A DNA stretch of 48,387 nucleotides from Candidatus Levyibacteriota bacterium (GTDB taxonomy: Bacteria > Patescibacteriota > Microgenomatia > Levybacterales > UBA12049): the NCBI GenBank assembly GCA_016204465.1, contig JACQKQ010000036.1, positions 1 to 48,387 on the forward strand, written 5' to 3'. The position numbers were made by a program, and so were the translations under genes. This document shows, in pieces, positions 43,609-48,387 of the stretch. The notes under the pieces were generated by a model that was not told the origin of the DNA, made no database searches, and saw only the letters and a program-made list of their open reading frames with translations. Positions within the stretch are counted from its first letter, which is position 1. Every line of letters begins with the position of its first letter.

Positions 43609-46392
43609 TTATTGTTTGAGTCTGCTCAGGATTTCTCCCAGCTTTTTTATTTCCTCTCCGTATCTTCCCCAGTTTCCTTCACGTTGTGCATTGATGGCGG
43701 ATTGATAGGCTTGGTTTGCCTCACGAAGCAGGTTTTCTCCGGTTATGTCAGCGGACTTTTCTGCTCTTTGGAGAGGCACTCCTCCTGAAAGTCCAGTTTG
43801 GCCTTCGGCAATGCCGAAGATTTTAGCCAAACCTGCGTCCAATGTTTCTTCCATTGCGATTTTGTTTCCATACGCGACAATTACCCGTTTAAGTTCCGGA
43901 ATTTTCCCCGTCGTTGCTTTTAGGTAAAGCGGGCGGACATAGACCAAAGATTCTTCAATTGGAATAACCAGAAGCGGACCCTGAATTACCTGGGAACCCG
44001 TTTGATCCCATAGGGATATTTGCTGGCTGATTTGTGCGTCCTGACTGATCCGGCCGATTATTTGCTTAGGTCCAAACACTAATTTGTCTTTGGGGAAGCG
44101 ATAAACGACAAGCTTACCATACTGTTCTTCGTCGTTTCTAGCTACCATCCACGCGGAGAGGTTGTCCTTAGCTTTTGGAGTAAACGGCAGCATCAGGATA
44201 AACTCTTCTTCATCTTCATTCGGAAGCTTCATGATCATGTGGCGCGGGTCCATGGTTTGAGTTTCACCTTCTTCGGTAATGGCCGGAATTTCCCATTGGT
44301 CTTCTTTGTTGTAAAATACTTGCGGATCTTCCATGTGATAGGTAGTATAAATTGCAGTTTGTAAAGTAAAAATGTCTTCGGGATAACGAATATGCTCAAT
44401 CAGACTTTTGGGCATATCGGAAAGTTTATGAAAAGTATTTGGGAAAATGTTAGCATAAGTTTTGATAATCGGGTCTTCGGGATCGCTTTGATAAAAATCG
44501 ATCGACCCGTCGTAAGCGTCTACAACTACCTTGACTGAATTCCTAATATAGTTTACTCTGCTTCCGCTAATTAGCAATGGCTGAGAATAGGGATAGCGGT
44601 CAGTTGACGTGTAAGCGTCAAGAATCCAACGCAATCTGCCGTCGCTTATCACAAGGTACGGGTCGCGGTCATAGGTAAGAAATGGAGCAATCTTATTAAC
44701 CCTTTCCTTTATATTTCGATTATAAATAATACGGCTTTTATCCGTAACATCGCCGGATAAAAGCAATTTGAGGGATGCAAATCGCAGGGCGTAGAAGATT
44801 CGGCGCAACGGAGAATTAATTTCAACTCCGCCGTGTCCAGCGTATGTCGTATAGACGTTTTCTTCCCCCTTGGGGTAATCGAATTCCCGAGAGTTGGTCT
44901 TGACGATGACATAATCATTAAGAATTTCCCCATAGTAAACTTCCGGCCTATTAATTTCAAGCTCATTGACTTCGGATTTTGGAGGCAAATCTTTAACAAA
45001 CAACACCGGCAGTCCTTCTGGAGTGACTTGATTTACAGGTCCTGCGGCAACTCCATACCCATGTGTAAAAGTAAGCTTTTCATTAATCCAATTTTTGTTG
45101 GGTAGGCTATTTGAAGCCAGTTCTCTTGGCGAAAGCATAATTTGGCGTATCTCATCGTTAATCTTGTAACGGTCATTGTCAACAGACGCGAATTCATAAT
45201 AGGTTCTAATTTCCTGGATTTGCGAAAAAGTCGAGAGAAGCGGATCCCTGTCCCAAAGCCTAACATTCTTAATTGTTAAGTTGTTAGCAGTTATGTCGGA
45301 TGCGGTAATTGGTTTATCCGCTGTTATTTCCCTCTCTTCCACTTTGTCCAAACCGTAAGCCATGCGGCTGGCATTAATATTGTTTTTGATAAAAAGAGTT
45401 TCTTTAACGAGTTCGTTGGGAGCAACAACAAATTTCTGGAAAATCGAGGGCATGGTCGATGACACAATCCCCATTATTATAGTCAGAAAAATTGCGCCTA
45501 AAAGTGGGGCTATTCTTCCGAAAATACCGTAAAATAGAGCTAAAATTGCGGATAAACCATAAATAAAAATAGATACGCGTAAGATAGGCATTATTACATT
45601 GACATCCGTGAAAACAGCGCCGAATACTACGCCTGTTTGACTGGTTAGCAAATCGTAAAGAGATAGGCGCGTTCCAATGGCAGTTGTCGTAAGAAAAAGA
45701 AATAATAGAATTCCGACGTGTAATCGGGCTTTCCTACCAGTCTGTATTGAGATAGCCGAATGGTGTTCGTTAAACCTTTTTGATTTTACGATTAATCGCG
45801 ACAGTTCATATTTACCAAAAATGCTTGAAAAATTTAGACTGCCTCTCAAGATATAGGTGATGCTGCAACCAATAAGCGATAGTATGATAAGAATTTTTAT
45901 AATTCCAAGTCCAAAAGAGTAAACGGGAAGAGAAAATACATAAAATGATATATCGAGACCGAATAACGAGTCTTTTTGGCCAAAAGGCACGCTTGAAAAA
46001 AACTTTAATATATCACTCCAGTTGCTCGCGGCAATAAAACCGAAAAAGATAGAAACAATAAGGTTAATAACAATACCAATTTTTCTGAATAGACGATTAT
46101 TTAAGCTTACCGGTTGACTCGTACCGATTATGGATTCGGGAATGTTTACGAACCATGGAATTTTGGATCGCAGGGCGATAAAGAAGTTAGACAAAAGAAA
46201 AACCGCCGCGAAAACTCCCGTTGCCGTTCCTATAATAATTTTCGCACTTATGGATTTGATGAAGATTCCGGTAAATCCTACTTCTTGGTACCACCACCAA
46301 TCCGTAATCAGGGAAACAATGTTTAATAGGAAAACAAAAAAAACAGCTATTATGCTTAAAATTGCCCAAGAAAAAATCTTAGTAATGCTCAA
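43609..46392 (-). CDS. UPF0182 family membrane protein
   Basis: DWWWYQEVGF, NVRLWD, DNDRY, YTHGYG-like FTHGYG, NYIRNSVK, YVRPLYL; start uncertain (TTG 46392; ORF open to 46467). Confidence 0.92.
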   Translation of the reverse strand: MSITKIFSWAILSIIAVFFVFLLNIVSLITDWWWYQEVGFTGIFIKSISAKIIIGTATGVFAAVFLLSNFFIALRSKIPWFVNIPESIIGTSQPVSLNNRLFRKIGIVINLIVSIFFGFIAASNWSDILKFFSSVPFGQKDSLFGLDISFYVFSLPVYSFGLGIIKILIILSLIGCSITYILRGSLNFSSIFGKYELSRLIVKSKRFNEHHSAISIQTGRKARLHVGILLFLFLTTTAIGTRLSLYDLLTSQTGVVFGAVFTDVNVIMPILRVSIFIYGLSAILALFYGIFGRIAPLLGAIFLTIIMGIVSSTMPSIFQKFVVAPNELVKETLFIKNNINASRMAYGLDKVEEREITADKPITASDITANNLTIKNVRLWDRDPLLSTFSQIQEIRTYYEFASVDNDRYKINDEIRQIMLSPRELASNSLPNKNWINEKLTFTHGYGVAAGPVNQVTPEGLPVLFVKDLPPKSEVNELEINRPEVYYGEILNDYVIVKTNSREFDYPKGEENVYTTYAGHGGVEINSPLRRIFYALRFASLKLLLSGDVTDKSRIIYNRNIKERVNKIAPFLTYDRDPYLVISDGRLRWILDAYTSTDRYPYSQPLLISGSRVNYIRNSVKVVVDAYDGSIDFYQSDPEDPIIKTYANIFPNTFHKLSDMPKSLIEHIRYPEDIFTLQTAIYTTYHMEDPQVFYNKEDQWEIPAITEEGETQTMDPRHMIMKLPNEDEEEFILMLPFTPKAKDNLSAWMVARNDEEQYGKLVVYRFPKDKLVFGPKQIIGRISQDAQISQQISLWDQTGSQVIQGPLLVIPIEESLVYVRPLYLKATTGKIPELKRVIVAYGNKIAMEETLDAGLAKIFGIAEGQTGLSGGVPLQRAEKSADITGENLLREANQAYQSAINAQREGNWGRYGEEIKKLGEILSRLKQ

Positions 46393-46443
46393 CTTGCGCT
46401 TAGTATAGCAGTGGGTATAATCTTGCGTCAAGCTGAATTTCTG

Positions 46444-46551
46444 TGTGAGCCCAACGATACATTGCACAGACTTCGAGAATTCTTCAAATTATTCCTTTCT
46501 AATGGCCTAAACTCTGAATTTGCTTATCAGTTTGGCCTAAAAGATGTATAG
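46444..46551 (+). repeat. Dispersed cassette-boundary repeat, copy C
   Basis: Encodes CEPNDTLHRLREFFKLFLSNGLNSEFAYQFGLKDV*; 71/84 nt identical to copy D (manual count). Confidence 0.9.
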
Positions 46552-46627
46552 CAAAGTACAATAGCTTTCTTTAACTAATTTTAACTATAAGGCATTGACA
46601 AATGGTCTTATTTTTGGTTAAATACAC

Positions 46628-47236
46628 TTACTTACCCCGTATGTTTACCATACGGGGCTTTTTTATGCTTATAATCTTCAACTGCCTCGGCAATTTTCTA
46701 TCTGACTTAAATTTATTTGAGAAATTAAGTACAAAGGCTTTATCTGCTTTATATGCCATTTCCAACGAAAATCTGTTAGGAAGAAAAATAGCATGAGTTG
46801 GGATTTTAAGCATTTTGACTATTTCTAAAGGATAAATAAGATCAGCATCACCAGTCATAATTACAATCTGATTACAGTTGCCAAAGAAAATATCTTTTAC
46901 GATATCCACTGATAAATGCACATCTACACCTTTTTCTTTTCCAGAAGTAGGTGAGCGATGACCTCGATAAAAAGTAACACCTTTAGTATTTCTTACTTCC
47001 CGATACAATAAAGCTTCAGCAGCAATTAGCTTTTTCCTGTCCTCAGTTAATTTTGTTCTGTTTTTCTGATTCATGTAGGAGGCGTAGAAAAGGATACTAT
47101 CCACCGCAACTAACTTTTTGATTTCTTGGATAAGAAAACTAAATGAAAGGTGTTTATTTGGGCCAAACAATTCATTCTGTCCTGCAAATAAATTTGTTCC
47201 ATCAATGTAGAGATGAGTTTTCTTTTTAGCGGACAT
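46628..47236 (-). CDS. NYN-domain (LabA/DUF88, PIN-like) nuclease
   Basis: YIDGTNL, EKGVDVHLSVD, TGDADL. Confidence 0.9.
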   Translation of the reverse strand: MSAKKKTHLYIDGTNLFAGQNELFGPNKHLSFSFLIQEIKKLVAVDSILFYASYMNQKNRTKLTEDRKKLIAAEALLYREVRNTKGVTFYRGHRSPTSGKEKGVDVHLSVDIVKDIFFGNCNQIVIMTGDADLIYPLEIVKMLKIPTHAIFLPNRFSLEMAYKADKAFVLNFSNKFKSDRKLPRQLKIISIKKPRMVNIRGK

Positions 47237-47339
47237 GAATTAATTGTAGCACTTAAGGGGAGAAAATATATTTTCGATCCTTGCGGCCAAGATGAATCAC
47301 CAAATCTGATGTCAACATTCGCCCCCTAACAGTAAGGCT

Positions 47340-47369
47340 TGTCCCGCCGAAGCCATCAGGCGAAGGAGG
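47340..47369. repeat. REP-like palindromic motif
   Basis: GTCCCGCCGAAGCCATCAGGCGAAGGAGG; shares the CGAAGGAGG tail with 6064..6072. Confidence 0.45.
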
Positions 47370-47467
47370 ATACTTTCACCACAAGAATCATTCGGTAGAA
47401 ATATTATACATCAACCACAATCCAAATGTTTGTCTTTACATATAGGTTTTGCTAAAATGCTGTTTAA

Positions 47468-48099
47468 ATGAAAGAACAACTAAGCCAAAAGGCTCGTGTT
47501 TTTGATTTAGAGATACTCTGATAGGTCGTGAAACTGTTACCCGCGTATCGGGATTAGTTATAGGTAGTATACATTCACATCGTTTACCTAATCTAACAAT
47601 AGCTGATTTGTCTCAACTTAATCTTAATCACAGTCGTGTTGATATTCCCATTAATGGGCTTAAAGAAAGAATATCTTTTGAATTTCATGCAAGAAGAAAA
47701 GTTTATTCGGGTGTGGAGCATGAATTTAAGAAATTAGTTGCCGAGGGAACAGATATTTATGGAAATACTGGACGATCACATAAAGGTCAATGGGTTGACA
47801 TGACGGAGCAAACACTACACAGAGGAGGTGTTGCTGAATATTTCAAAGAAATTTTTTATACACCCGATGGAGTTATAACTGCTGTAAGTAAGGCACACGC
47901 GTTACTAAAGCTAACAGAATTGTATAAAGATGTTGAATTTGACGATGACGACCCACGCACCGCGCGTTTTATAGCTAAGATGTTTCCTTACATTACAGTC
48001 AACTTAGTCCAACATGGACCTGCGGGATTACTTGTATCAAGAAGTGAGTTGGATGAACTTCCAAATCTTAGAAGAGTGGCAGTTTTTAGTAGCAGATAG
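47468..48099 (+). pseudogene. HAD-superfamily phosphatase with a 1-nt deletion in motif I (or an assembly error)
   Basis: ATG 47468 reads MKEQLSQKARVFDL; GAT TTA GA GAT ACT CTG becomes DLDDTL if one base is restored. Downstream frame carries NTGR (motif II), SK (III) and FDDDD (IV). Confidence 0.7.
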
Positions 48100-48158
48100 T
48101 TGCAAAGTCAATAAATCTTCTTTTAACTTCTTTCATTTATTTTTAACAATTATTAACT

Positions 48159-48266
48159 GGTTATCCGGACGATACTCTCCACAGACTGCGAGAATTCGTT
48201 GAATTATTCCTATCTGATAGCCTAAACTCTGAATTTGCTTATACATTTGGCCTAAAAAATGCATAA
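48159..48266 (+). repeat. Dispersed cassette-boundary repeat, copy D
   Basis: Encodes GYPDDTLHRLREFVELFLSDSLNSEFAYTFGLKNA*. Confidence 0.9.
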
Positions 48267-48387
48267 TAAAGTGCATTAACCTCTTTTTATTTTTACAAAT
48301 TTGTTATGATGATTACATTGATTGACTATACTATTTTGGGGTATGGCAAAATATATGGCAATATGGTAATATATTTATGAATATATC

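Noticed and set aside
46634-46662. Structured ncRNA at the NYN 3' end
   Set aside because: CCCCGTATG-TTTAC-CATACGGGG followed by Ts is best read as an ordinary intrinsic terminator-like hairpin.
17562-48266. The four-copy repeat as a CRISPR array or integron attC site
   Set aside because: Copies are kilobases apart, ~15-19% diverged in the pairs counted, and vary in a codon-like way. There is no regular spacer, no cas or intI gene, and no RYYYAAC/GTTRRRY palindromic attC structure.
1-48387. Recoded genetic code (TGA=Gly) as in Gracilibacteria/Absconditabacteria; rRNA genes; intact integrase or transposase
   Set aside because: uvrA and other genes end cleanly at TGA and long ORFs are intact under code 11. 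No rRNA-like segment or recombinase/transposase ORF is recognisable in the window.

Overview
A bacterial chromosome segment in genetic code 11 (TGA is used as stop). Gene content and the tRNA-Arg(UCG) suggest a Patescibacteria/CPR genome, probably Microgenomates; this is inference. Positions 1-33.4 kb are mostly housekeeping genes (fba-like, fbp, dinB, pyk, yvcK, secG, uvrC, uvrA, transporters) with 7 tRNAs. Small accessory islets sit next to tRNAs: a GIY-YIG remnant, hicBA, and a two-methyltransferase R-M system at the tRNA-Lys 3' end. Positions 33.4-48.4 kb are accessory. They hold a ~9 kb copper/thiol-redox cluster (Cys-rich unknown, ccdA, Sco-like protein, YHS, two-component system, an uncalled DUF2933-like gene, csoR, copA, two unknowns), then UPF0182, a NYN nuclease and a frameshifted HAD phosphatase. 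The top observation is a ~84-110 bp element in four diverged copies (17.6 kb on minus; 43.5, 46.5 and 48.2 kb on plus). The copies vary mostly at synonymous positions of an orphan peptide (RLREFxxLFLSxGLNSEFAYxFGLK) and sit at junctions between cargo modules. This suggests a tRNA-targeted, tandemly accreting cassette system marked by split-gene (possibly recombinase C-terminus) scars. All protein calls rest on motifs recognised by eye; no database search was run.
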